Positions 18,997-28,301 of a stretch of 64,000 nucleotides of DNA are shown here, one piece after another. The notes beneath the pieces were generated by a model. The model ran no database searches, was not told the origin of the DNA, and saw only the letters and a list, made by a program, of their open reading frames with translations. Position numbers and translations under genes: made by a program. This stretch comes from a virus (taxonomy: Duplodnaviria; Caudoviricetes): IMG/VR virus record IMGVR_UViG_3300027971_004105; one strand, written 5' to 3'. Within the stretch, counting starts at the first letter, position 1. Every line of letters begins with the position of its first letter.

Positions 18997-19600
18997 TTTT
19001 CTTTCCTACAATCATAAATCTTTTGTATTTTTCTGTTTGTAATTCGCTGGGCTCCACAATAGGATACAGTTTACTATTGCTCACAAACTGATTCAAATCT
19101 TTCACAGGGTTCACATGTTCAGGAATCACAAAATCATTGCTTTGGCACACAATAATTTTGTCCTCAGGTATTAATTTCAACCATTCATTGTATTGTTCTG
19201 GCGTTAAATGTTCACACACTGTGTTAATAATCATGTCATAACGACTGTAATCTTTATAAGTGAGCATGTCTTGAGTAATAGCATGGAATTTGCCAGACAT
19301 TTCATACTGTTTGTTCATGGTGTTGGCTGTGTTTTCACACTTGCTGTCTATATCCATGCTGGTTATTTGGTTCACATACAGATCACTGTTGAACAAAAGT
19401 GTGGCCATCACTCCATACCACCCACCACAAATCAAAATATCCATGCTGTGTGCTCTGGGTAATTTTTTTAATTGTTCAATCAACCATACTTTGCTGTTGA
19501 TTTGACCTTTCCAGAAACTTTCCAATGTGCGATATCTGTCATCAGATTGTCTGATAGCATCCATCCAAAATAAAACGTCTTGTATATTAATTTTCAACAA
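18986..19600 (-). CDS. Class I SAM-dependent methyltransferase-like protein
   Basis: DILICGGWYG motif I, SMDID motif II, IINTVCEH. Confidence 0.7.
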   Translation of the reverse strand: MLKINIQDVLFWMDAIRQSDDRYRTLESFWKGQINSKVWLIEQLKKLPRAHSMDILICGGWYGVMATLLFNSDLYVNQITSMDIDSKCENTANTMNKQYEMSGKFHAITQDMLTYKDYSRYDMIINTVCEHLTPEQYNEWLKLIPEDKIIVCQSNDFVIPEHVNPVKDLNQFVSNSKLYPIVEPSELQTEKYKRFMIVGKKNEK

Positions 19601-20576
19601 ATTGTGCTCCTAGTTTATCAAATGAACCACACTGCTTGGTGCATTCTTTCAATCCCACTGTGCTCCATTGTGTTTCTATTTTTGAAAAAAATCCATTATC
19701 AAATATTTCTTTCAATGTTTCGCGATGTAAGTTGGGAAATTTAGAAATTTTTTCCATATAATCCACTCTAGATTCTTGCATGGGTGGTATCCATTCCATA
19801 TCCAACCAACAACAAGGCGACACATTACCACAAGCACTCACATACAACTGTTTGTATTTTTGTGCTTTACAAGCAATGTGTGGTTTGACTTCTTTTTGTG
19901 CGGCTTCAGACAACGGAATCATATCCAAACTGGTTTGAGTGGGTTTGATTCTGTGTGTGGGTCTACCCATGTCATCAATCACTTGTAAATAATCCTGTTT
20001 GAATCTAGAAGTGTGTTTGATTGAGAAATCCACAAAGCCCATGTCTTTGGACATTGTTCTACACTGTTCAATTTGATGTTCATTGTGAGCAAACACCAAC
20101 ATGTGCCATTTGGCCACTCCACCTGTTGAGATAAATGCTTGAGCATTTTCAATTATTTTATTGAAATCTGTACTGATTCTATAAAGATGATGGGTATCTG
20201 CCAAACCATCAATACCAAATGTCACTTTTACTTTCAATTGAGCCAATCTTTTCCACCATTCGGTATCTCTAGCACTGCCGTTGGTGTGCATGGCCAATCT
20301 AATGTTGGGATTTAGTTCACGCAAGTATTGATATATTTCCAATGTGTCTTTGGATATGATGGGATCTCCCAAATTACCACACATGAATAAACTTTCCAAT
20401 TGTTTTATGAAATCTGGTTCAAACCATTGTTTGAATACGCCCAAAGTTATTTCGTCCAATTTAATAAATGGATTTATTGGTCCTCCACTGATTCTTCTAG
20501 GACACATGGGGCACTTGGCTTGACACTTGCTGGTGATTTCCAAATGAATATCTCTTATATCTTGATATCTATACAT
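19587..20576 (-). CDS. Radical SAM/SPASM-twitch protein
   Basis: CQAKCPMC, CGNLGDP, HTNG, CKA...GNVSPCC...CTKQC. Confidence 0.9.
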   Translation of the reverse strand: MYRYQDIRDIHLEITSKCQAKCPMCPRRISGGPINPFIKLDEITLGVFKQWFEPDFIKQLESLFMCGNLGDPIISKDTLEIYQYLRELNPNIRLAMHTNGSARDTEWWKRLAQLKVKVTFGIDGLADTHHLYRISTDFNKIIENAQAFISTGGVAKWHMLVFAHNEHQIEQCRTMSKDMGFVDFSIKHTSRFKQDYLQVIDDMGRPTHRIKPTQTSLDMIPLSEAAQKEVKPHIACKAQKYKQLYVSACGNVSPCCWLDMEWIPPMQESRVDYMEKISKFPNLHRETLKEIFDNGFFSKIETQWSTVGLKECTKQCGSFDKLGAQFVEN

Positions 20577-21570
20577 GTTTGGCCTTGGGTATTTTTGAAT
20601 CTGCTGAACTCACACAAGTGGGAGTCACACAAACTCTTGGTTTATCAAACAATTTAAATCCTTGTTCTATATTGCCCAGTGGTTCATCATGACAACTGTA
20701 ACTTCTTTTGACTTCTCCGTTTGGTTCTCTAATGATACAACTTTGATATCCAGCATTACAGTGCCATCCTTTGAATTTATTGAACCCAAAAGCATTGAAT
20801 CGTTCTGCTTGATCCATATAATACTTATTGCCTTGAACATCTTGCATCTCAATTTGAAACAAGTCTTTGTAATTTTCACCTTCTTGAATGCGTTGAGGGA
20901 AGCCTGTTTGTAAAGTATTCAGTTGATCTCGAGTATAACCTTCAATAATAAAACTTGCTGTGGGATCACTCTGTGGTTTCAGTGTGACATTGATACCTCT
21001 GGAGTGGAGTCTTGCACATCTATCATAGTATTCTGTGAATCTTTCGGGCACCATCACTTGATTGATTGTGACAAACACATTGTGCTTCATCAACAGCAAT
21101 ATTTTATCTCCAAATTTTTGTTCATCAGCGAATTCAGCATGAAAGCTGGCAGTGATACTTCTGCGGTTCAATGTTTTTGTGGCTTCCAACCATCTTTCCC
21201 ACCATTTTTCCGAAGGACTTAGGTTGGTGGTCATGTGAATACTCTGATATTCTGGAGCAGTATCAGCACTGTAATGCTGTATCAATTGTAAAAAATCTTT
21301 GTAGGCAGTGGGTTCTCCACCTGAAAAACTGAAATGATAGTCAGTGAATCCATTCAGTCTAGCCTGACGTTTGATTTCATCCACCACTTGTGTGTAAACT
21401 GACAGTGGTCTGTGATCTTTCTGTTTGCTTTTGGCATAAGGCCAGCAGTAAGAACAATCATAGTTGCAAAAACGAGCCAAGATCCAACTCACAGAAAATA
21501 ATTTGCTGTCCAGCATGGTACGTTGACCAAAGTTTATAATTTTATCAAATGGAATGTTGGAATCTATCAT
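20569..21570 (-). CDS. Radical SAM protein (C-terminal twitch-like domain)
   Basis: CNYDCSYC, SGGEPT, CNAG...SC...CVTPTC. Start placed at 21570 (ATGA overlap with the upstream stop). Confidence 0.9.
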   Translation of the reverse strand: MIDSNIPFDKIINFGQRTMLDSKLFSVSWILARFCNYDCSYCWPYAKSKQKDHRPLSVYTQVVDEIKRQARLNGFTDYHFSFSGGEPTAYKDFLQLIQHYSADTAPEYQSIHMTTNLSPSEKWWERWLEATKTLNRRSITASFHAEFADEQKFGDKILLLMKHNVFVTINQVMVPERFTEYYDRCARLHSRGINVTLKPQSDPTASFIIEGYTRDQLNTLQTGFPQRIQEGENYKDLFQIEMQDVQGNKYYMDQAERFNAFGFNKFKGWHCNAGYQSCIIREPNGEVKRSYSCHDEPLGNIEQGFKLFDKPRVCVTPTCVSSADSKIPKAKHV

Positions 21571-22274
21571 AATATTTCTTTCTCCATGTGTGGAAATTGT
21601 CCCACAAACACCAATCGCAACCATTCAAAGTTGTTGATCAATCTCAAAGTGTCTGAATTATCTCGGTTGTCTGAGCCATACACTCTGCCTGCCAGTGCTC
21701 CAGCAACGGCATACTCTCCGTATGGTTTATCATCTCCCACTGTGCACCAAATCAATAATCTTTTTTCAGTTTCCTTGTCTTCTTGACGATCGATTACTTT
21801 GCTGCTGAGCTTGACACACTCTCTAAAAGCACTTTTCCATGTGTTGAATGGATCTGTATTGAACACAGTGGTGTTGGATACTTCATGCATGGCTCTAAAT
21901 CTATTAGATATACTAGTGGTCATGTCTATTCTGTTGGGATCCATGTTCATAGTGAGTCTTTTGGGCAATAATTTCACTCCGCCATAACCATATTCCAGTT
22001 CATTGATAGGATTTCGACTTCTCCACACATGCACAGCATCCATATCTTTATCAGGCACTTCATAATCAAACATAAAGTTGTGTTCAATCACTGCATCACC
22101 ATCCACCACCCAAAACATTTTAGTCAAACTCTGTGTGGCAGCTTTGATATGTGCCTGTTGAATGCCTTTTACTCCGTGAACTCTTTGCGCCAATGGAAAT
22201 CTTTGTTTCAACAGAGCATAATTTTGATCTGCATTGGGTTCATTGTAACTGATAAAAAATATATCGTGCATCAT
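21567..22274 (-). CDS. GT-A fold glycosyltransferase-like protein
   Basis: DIFFISYNEP...RVHGVKG...WVVDGDA (DxD)...YGYGGVKL...AFRECVKL. Confidence 0.55.
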   Translation of the reverse strand: MMHDIFFISYNEPNADQNYALLKQRFPLAQRVHGVKGIQQAHIKAATQSLTKMFWVVDGDAVIEHNFMFDYEVPDKDMDAVHVWRSRNPINELEYGYGGVKLLPKRLTMNMDPNRIDMTTSISNRFRAMHEVSNTTVFNTDPFNTWKSAFRECVKLSSKVIDRQEDKETEKRLLIWCTVGDDKPYGEYAVAGALAGRVYGSDNRDNSDTLRLINNFEWLRLVFVGQFPHMEKEIL

Positions 22275-23187
22275 ACAGTCTTTCTTATGGTTCTGGGTGA
22301 ATTGATATACACCTTTTTGAAAAATTCACTGCTTTCTGCATCGTATGGTTCCGTAGGAAACTCCATTTGGAATCGTTCTTTAATAGTTTTACCCAAAGAG
22401 ATACATTTTTGTTTGGCATCTTGTGCATTCATACTGTTATTGTTGCTGGTGCTGATCCATAATTGTTCTAAAACTTTAAAATCTCTCACTTGTTTGAAAT
22501 CCCATTGGGTGCAAAGTGTTCGATAACAACCTTCTCTGGCTCCTGCAATGGCCCAAATGCCATGTTCCACATCCTGACCCACAGTCATCCAGATTAATAA
22601 TCTGTGATAATTCTGCCACCATAGTTGATCCAACGACTGTATTTTAAAATTTTTATACAAACTCATCTTAACACCTTCTCTAAATCCAGCTCTCCATGCT
22701 TGTTTGGGTGTGCTGTTGATGTAACTGGTGGAATAGTTTTCATTGAATTGAAACAGTTTATCAAAATAACAAAATTCTATCTCATTATTATCCTTACCAG
22801 AAAAATTTTCATGTGTTTTCATCTCATTCACAAAAGTTTTGGTCCATAATTTTAAACTGCCATTGCCATACTTTAATCCATTAATCCATTCACGTTGGTA
22901 TGTCCACACCAGCTGAAAATATATGTGTGATCCATGCCCATGCTGTTTAGATCCAGTTGAATATTGAGAAATTTAGGATCTAGTTGTGTGTCTCCGTCCA
23001 CAGTTAAAAAATATTCTGTGTCAGACACAGCAGCACAGGCTTTGTGTGCAGCATCTGATCCTTCCACGCCGTGAACTCTTTTGGCCCAAGGTATTTTTCT
23101 TTTTAAATCTGCATAATTTTTATCAGCATTGGGCTCATCAAAGCTCAAAAATACCACATCGCAATCTTTGATAGCAATCTTATGCAT
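22271..23187 (-). pseudogene. GT-A fold glycosyltransferase-like gene frameshifted by an 8-nt tandem duplication
   Basis: ORFs 22873..23187 (N-half, TVDGDT) and 22271..22909 (C-half) are halves of a paralogue of 21567..22274. Removing one copy of TAATCCAT (22874-22881/22882-22889) restores ...HTNVNGLKYGNGSLKLW... and a 302-aa ORF. Confidence 0.85.
22873..22890. repeat. Tandem repeat (TTAATCCA)x2.25 at the frameshift
   Basis: Read directly: ttaatcca ttaatcca tt. Confidence 0.95.
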
Positions 23188-23758
23188 AAATCCTTTCAAT
23201 AGAATAATCAAAAGTTTTTCTACAGTAAATGTCCATGTTTGTCTCGGCATTCACATCTATCTGCACACTGTCTTGAGTGAGCAGTTCATAAAGATTCAAA
23301 TCTAATATTTTAATCAGTTGTGTGGCATCGTTGGATTTGCAACAATAAAACTTGTGGTTACGATGATTTTCTTTGGAAACTATGGTTTCTAAAGTTTTTT
23401 TAAATGTTTTGTCTGCTGTGAATTCAACTTTGTTTTGATTCAAATGTAATTTTATTTGTATGCCACTGTGATTTTTAATTTTATTGGGAATTTTATAAAC
23501 GTTGTGATTGATTATTTCAGTTTTTTTAGAATGAATCACATTTTCCACTGAGTTTAATACTCCATCTTTTTGAATTTGATATTGACCATTGAGATATATC
23601 ACTTTGTACTTGTGTATAGACTCCATACCTATAATAAATTTTTCACCCAAAGCAGTGTCTATGGCCAGACTGTTGTTGTTTTGGCTGCCTGAACAACCTA
23701 AGATTTTTCCTGATTCTGGGTCAAATGTTACGTACATATGGTTATTGGGTTGATTCAT
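23180..23758 (-). CDS. Hypothetical protein
   Basis: ORF in an operon. Start at the ATG at 23758 (MNQPNN) overlapping the upstream stop. Confidence 0.6.
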   Translation of the reverse strand: MNQPNNHMYVTFDPESGKILGCSGSQNNNSLAIDTALGEKFIIGMESIHKYKVIYLNGQYQIQKDGVLNSVENVIHSKKTEIINHNVYKIPNKIKNHSGIQIKLHLNQNKVEFTADKTFKKTLETIVSKENHRNHKFYCCKSNDATQLIKILDLNLYELLTQDSVQIDVNAETNMDIYCRKTFDYSIERIYA

Positions 23759-24590
23759 AATATTTTTTTTTAATGATTGCAAACAGTTCATCAGTTAAGA
23801 ATTCATTTTCCACATAATGCAACACTCCTCGTTGACGAAAATTATCAATTTTTATATGACCTTCCATGTCATGATACACATTTACTTTTTTCATCCAGTG
23901 ATCCGGCACTGTTTTCCAGTCTTGTAGATGAGGTTTCATATGAGTGAACGTGACGTAAGGTGTTCGGCTGGTAATTTTTTCAGTGATGCCTAATAATTTA
24001 CTGGCCAGTGCCACACTCACATCCATACTGCACCATTTTTGAGTGTGTTTGGGAGTGAATCTGTTATAGAATACTGCGTAATTTCTTACTATATCTCGCA
24101 AAAGTTCTACAAACTGATCATTTTCTTTGCATCTTTGATAGTAATGCACACCACAATAAAGGTTGGGCAGACTATTGCTTGTGAAAGTTTTGCGATAGTG
24201 ATCACTGTGACTGAATTCATCTCTATAATTTTTAACTGCACTGGTGAAATACATTTTATAATTTTTTAAAAACTTCCACCAATGACTGATATCACTCAAC
24301 ACCAACATATCTGCATCCAATATTATTGAATGTTTGAAGGGAGTGGCTGTGTAAATTTTATATCTGTTCTGTATTTTCCAATCTTGGTCCACTGCTTCAT
24401 CCATGCCAGGAATATCCACCACATGATCAAACACTGAGGACACAGTTTTTGTGACGTTAACATTTGTGATCAAACACACTTTGCTGTGAGGCATGTGCGT
24501 TTTGATACTCATGGCCAATGCCTGTGCCTGTCTCACATAGTCCACTTGTTCATTTTGCTGTGCAAACACACAGAACCCTTGATCTATCAT
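23742..24590 (-). CDS. GT8-like nucleotide-diphospho-sugar transferase
   Basis: GFCVFA, SIILDADML (DxD), LYCGVHYY, MDVSVALA, FTHMKP. Confidence 0.65.
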   Translation of the reverse strand: MIDQGFCVFAQQNEQVDYVRQAQALAMSIKTHMPHSKVCLITNVNVTKTVSSVFDHVVDIPGMDEAVDQDWKIQNRYKIYTATPFKHSIILDADMLVLSDISHWWKFLKNYKMYFTSAVKNYRDEFSHSDHYRKTFTSNSLPNLYCGVHYYQRCKENDQFVELLRDIVRNYAVFYNRFTPKHTQKWCSMDVSVALASKLLGITEKITSRTPYVTFTHMKPHLQDWKTVPDHWMKKVNVYHDMEGHIKIDNFRQRGVLHYVENEFLTDELFAIIKKKYYESTQ

Positions 24591-25438
24591 TTGGAAAACT
24601 CCTCATCAATAATGTGGTCCAAACTGAATTTGTTCATCACGTGCAGATTAATATGTTTGGCCAAAGTTTTTGTGTATCCTTGTGTGTTGTACAATGAAAC
24701 AGTCCAGCAGTTCTGATCAAAATTGTCTGCTTTGTCTCTGTCAGTGATATAATACAACGAATCTGGCAAGCGTTGTGGCCATGCACCTTTGCAATATCCA
24801 TTCAACATGTGTATGGCCATGCTGAAAGCAAAATCATTTCTAAAATTTGGTTCATGTATCTGCCATGTGAATCTGTAAAAGTCCCAATGATTTTTAATAT
24901 GTGCAATCAGATCAAACAACTGTTTGACTCTGGGAGTTTTTTTAAAATAAAACACTGTGGCCCAATACATCTCCATGCCGGTTTCACTGATGTATTTGAT
25001 TTTCCATTCAGGTTGATTAAAATAATTGATGTAAATGGACTTTTGATGTATTAAAAAATCTTCTTTGCTGTGAAAACATCGGAGTAAATTATCATTGCCC
25101 ACTATGTAATCAGTGTCCATCACAATAGTTTCGTCATATGGAGTGAGTTCATAAGCAGTGGATCTTAAATGATTTTTCCATACATCTTTGATCTTGTGTT
25201 CCATGCCATTGTAAAAATCTCGAGTCTGAAGAGTTTGATGCTCACTGATATCTATCACTTGATCAAACACCGTGGATTGCTTTTTATATTTGTTATTTAG
25301 ATGTGCTTGATTGGAAGTGATCAGGGTCACTGGCAGACGCAGATGTTTTTTGATCTGCACAGCAGCAAAAATAGCCTGCTTCACATAATCAACTGTTTCA
25401 TTATTGTGAGCAAACATCACAATGCCTTGAGATTTCAT
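24587..25438 (-). CDS. GT8-like nucleotide-diphospho-sugar transferase
   Basis: GIVMFA, TPYDETIVMDTDY (DxD), YWATVFYFKK, RNDFAFSMA. Tandem paralogue of the previous gene. Confidence 0.65.
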   Translation of the reverse strand: MKSQGIVMFAHNNETVDYVKQAIFAAVQIKKHLRLPVTLITSNQAHLNNKYKKQSTVFDQVIDISEHQTLQTRDFYNGMEHKIKDVWKNHLRSTAYELTPYDETIVMDTDYIVGNDNLLRCFHSKEDFLIHQKSIYINYFNQPEWKIKYISETGMEMYWATVFYFKKTPRVKQLFDLIAHIKNHWDFYRFTWQIHEPNFRNDFAFSMAIHMLNGYCKGAWPQRLPDSLYYITDRDKADNFDQNCWTVSLYNTQGYTKTLAKHINLHVMNKFSLDHIIDEEFSK

Positions 25439-25441
25439 GGC

Positions 25442-25774
25442 TTAAATGTTTCCTTTGTTTTTTATCAGTGTTTGATATTCTGTGTGATATTGATTGAGAT
25501 TGGTTTGATATGTGTGCCAAGCATTGTCATTGAATTCTGTTAGATCACTTATCAACACTGGTGTTTGATAATCATCCAACAACACCACATCTTTGGTTCT
25601 GTGTAGGTCTATGTATGACTTGCACAAACTCAACAAATCACCTTGGATTGTGAACTGATGTCCTTGATAAAACAAAATATTGCTGTCAACAAATTTGTCT
25701 TTTAATAACTGCAGCTGATTATTAAAATTTTCCATTTGATTGGCTGTGCTGATTCTATCTTCCATGTTTAGCAT
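25442..25774 (-). CDS. Hypothetical protein, first gene of the long minus-strand enzyme operon
   Basis: 110-aa ORF with AGGAG Shine-Dalgarno and an upstream sigma70 promoter. Confidence 0.7.
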   Translation of the reverse strand: MLNMEDRISTANQMENFNNQLQLLKDKFVDSNILFYQGHQFTIQGDLLSLCKSYIDLHRTKDVVLLDDYQTPVLISDLTEFNDNAWHTYQTNLNQYHTEYQTLIKNKGNI

Positions 25775-25797
25775 AATTTATGATTCTCCTAGTTAAA

Positions 25798-25826
25798 ATT
25801 ATATAAGATTTTCAGCCAAAAGTCAA
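25798..25826 (-). promoter_or_regulatory. sigma70-type promoter TTGACT-N17-TATAAT
   Basis: -35 at 25826-25821 and -10 at 25803-25798 on the minus strand, 17-nt spacer. Confidence 0.8.
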
Positions 25827-25875
25827 CTGCTGTTGATATTTAGATTGATTAGATTTTGGTGATTGGTGAAATGGT

Positions 25876-26775
25876 TTAGGCAGTCACAGTGCCGCTCATG
25901 GCACCAAAAGTAGGTTCTGCGATGGTGATAGGATCGCTCAATGCTCCGTTGGCTATGCGTCTGTTCACATTGATGTTGAGATTGCCATCTACATCTTCGT
26001 CTATGTTGCCTGCAGCAGCATCATTTAGGGTGATCTGGAATTCTATTGCTAGATTGGAAACGTCAGTGAATCGCACTTGAATATTAAAATTGTTGGAACT
26101 GTATGTGCCTGCAGCACTGGTGGTATACACAGTTTGGAATGTGGTGGTCAGTGTGGTGTAGGCCACAGATGAAGACAGTGTGCCGCCTGATCCTGATCTG
26201 CTGGAAGCAACATTGGCAAAAGTCAGTGTGCCCATGTTAGTGCCAAATAAGGAATTCCAATCGTTCACTTTGGATGTGACGCTGACAGAAATGTTCATGT
26301 CAATCTGCACAGCTCCACCTGTGTTGAAAAAATGTCTGGCAGCAGTGGCAGTGGCAAATGTCACTGTGAAATTGCCCACGCGAGTGGCATTCCAAGAGGC
26401 GGTTCGCACATAACTGGAAGCTGTGTTGCCTGTGGTCAATCTGCTGGCGCTGATGGTGTTTCTATTGGTGTTGATGTTGGTGGCCAATGTTTCAAAAGTT
26501 GCATATGAATTGTTTAGTGTGTTATCAGTCACTGTGTCTGCAGTGCTCACTGTTGTGAGTGTGGGATATGAATTGTTCTGATGCAGATAGGCTTTGCGAA
26601 TGTCCAATCTCAAAGTGTTCATGTGATCATCTTCAATCAATTGATTTTGTGCCACTTGCGAACTCTGCAATGTTTGCCCATAGCCTGAATCACCTGATCC
26701 TGTGCTCAGTACATTGGACACTGTGGATTGAATCACATTGTATCTTGCTGCTGTAATTGGATCGCCTATTGCCAT
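25876..26775 (-). CDS. Virion structural protein (tail fibre-associated)
   Basis: Thr/Ser/Asn/Gly-rich, adjacent to the fibres. CTAAATA late-promoter variant at 26784-26790. Confidence 0.55.
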   Translation of the reverse strand: MAIGDPITAARYNVIQSTVSNVLSTGSGDSGYGQTLQSSQVAQNQLIEDDHMNTLRLDIRKAYLHQNNSYPTLTTVSTADTVTDNTLNNSYATFETLATNINTNRNTISASRLTTGNTASSYVRTASWNATRVGNFTVTFATATAARHFFNTGGAVQIDMNISVSVTSKVNDWNSLFGTNMGTLTFANVASSRSGSGGTLSSSVAYTTLTTTFQTVYTTSAAGTYSSNNFNIQVRFTDVSNLAIEFQITLNDAAAGNIDEDVDGNLNINVNRRIANGALSDPITIAEPTFGAMSGTVTA

Positions 26776-26835
26776 ATTAAAAGTATTTAGTTGGGTAATG
26801 TTGTCCCAGGATTATTTTAGATTGCATAATGGATA

Positions 26836-28272
26836 TTATTTTATGAAACACTCAACCAAAGTGTTGGTTGTTCTTGCGTCTGCTTCCAAAGCCACAGCAA
26901 AATAATCACCTTCTGTGACCACAGCACCAATACCTGCTGTGCTGCTGGTACCAATTTTGTCGCCTTTGGCCACTGCACCTTTGACCAAAACAGGCACTCT
27001 GCCTTTGATAGCCACTGCTGTGCCGCTCTGTAATTCTGCGTTCATTAAAAATGCTGGAGCACCGCTGACCACACCTGCCACAATGGAATTTATGGTGGCT
27101 GCTGTGATTTCTTTTGCGCCGCCGATAGCCATCACTGTGCCTACGGGATATTCAGCATCTGCCAAATATTTTTCTGCCAAATCCGCATATCTTGCTGATG
27201 TGGCCACACCATTGAAAATGTTTGCTGCTAAATTGCCGCTGGCATCTCTCAGTGCTACTGAATTGGTCATTGCAGTTGTGCTGCCTGGATAATTGGTCAC
27301 ACCTGATCTTACATTGTTGGAAGTTTCTGCTATGCCATAAATGTTATCCGCATAAATGTTGGCAAATCTGTTGGCATTGGTTCCTATGTCATAGGTACTG
27401 TCTATTCTAGGTTCAAAACCTGTAGCCGTCACGCTCACTGTGTGAGTATTGCTGGCTCCCATTTTAATAACAGAACCCACTTCATTGATTATTCTTCCTT
27501 CATTGCCGTTGATTATGCTCACTCTTAAATCATTGCCTGCGCCCACTGTGAATCCAGTGTCATCAAAATTGGTATTACCACCCACTTGTAAAAAGTTGGC
27601 AGCAGGAATTCCACCTAGCTTTAATGAGTTGGCAGCCGTGCCCCAGAATCTATGATCGGATGATGTCACACCACCAGTGGCATTCAGTGTGTTCACCATG
27701 GTGATACCTTTTTTTACTCTATCAAATCCTGTGATTAAATTTAATGGATCCACTGTGCCTATGGTAAATTCTTCATTGCTCACAATAAAAATTACTTCAT
27801 CATCCACCACTGCTTCAATGATGGTCTGATTCACGTTGAAACTGTCTTTGACTATTTTGCTGCGTAATTGAGTTACTGTGTTGCCCACACCTTGTGGTCC
27901 AACCAATACAAATCCTGTGCCGTTGTAGGCGTACAATTGATCATTGCCAGTGTCCCACCAAAAATCACCTGTGGTCAAACCAGCAGGTTGAGTGGTGCCT
28001 ATCTCTGCACCTCCAGTGGTTCTGAATTTTACACCGTCATAAAATTTTAATTTGTTGGCAGCTGAATCGAACCATATCTGCCCGCTTAAAGGTCTAGAAG
28101 GAGCATTGGCACTGGCAAAGTTTTCCAGCAAATGCACAAAGTTTTCGTTTTGAATTTCTCCGTAGCCAGCATAGTTTTTACCCACTAATTTTAAATTTGT
28201 GGTCTGGTCTACTGTGCCGTCTTCCACTGTGGCTAGTGTGGTTCCTGCGTATCTGTCTATTTGATATGGCAT
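26836..28272 (-). CDS. Tail fibre protein with C-terminal peptidase G2/IMC autocleavage chaperone-like domain
   Basis: Shared fibre N-terminal module (GKNYAGYGE...ENF.HLLENFA...P...GQIWFD). C-terminal YADLAEKY...VVSGAPAFLMN...GRVPVLV.G.V.KGD. Confidence 0.75.
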   Translation of the reverse strand: MPYQIDRYAGTTLATVEDGTVDQTTNLKLVGKNYAGYGEIQNENFVHLLENFASANAPSRPLSGQIWFDSAANKLKFYDGVKFRTTGGAEIGTTQPAGLTTGDFWWDTGNDQLYAYNGTGFVLVGPQGVGNTVTQLRSKIVKDSFNVNQTIIEAVVDDEVIFIVSNEEFTIGTVDPLNLITGFDRVKKGITMVNTLNATGGVTSSDHRFWGTAANSLKLGGIPAANFLQVGGNTNFDDTGFTVGAGNDLRVSIINGNEGRIINEVGSVIKMGASNTHTVSVTATGFEPRIDSTYDIGTNANRFANIYADNIYGIAETSNNVRSGVTNYPGSTTAMTNSVALRDASGNLAANIFNGVATSARYADLAEKYLADAEYPVGTVMAIGGAKEITAATINSIVAGVVSGAPAFLMNAELQSGTAVAIKGRVPVLVKGAVAKGDKIGTSSTAGIGAVVTEGDYFAVALEADARTTNTLVECFIK

Positions 28273-28293
28273 ATTTTTTTCCTCTTACAAGTT

Positions 28294-28300
28294 TATTTAT
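28294..28300 (-). promoter_or_regulatory. Late promoter ATAAATA
   Basis: Upstream of the ATG at 28272, with an AGAGG Shine-Dalgarno between. Confidence 0.6.
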
Positions 28301-28301
28301 C

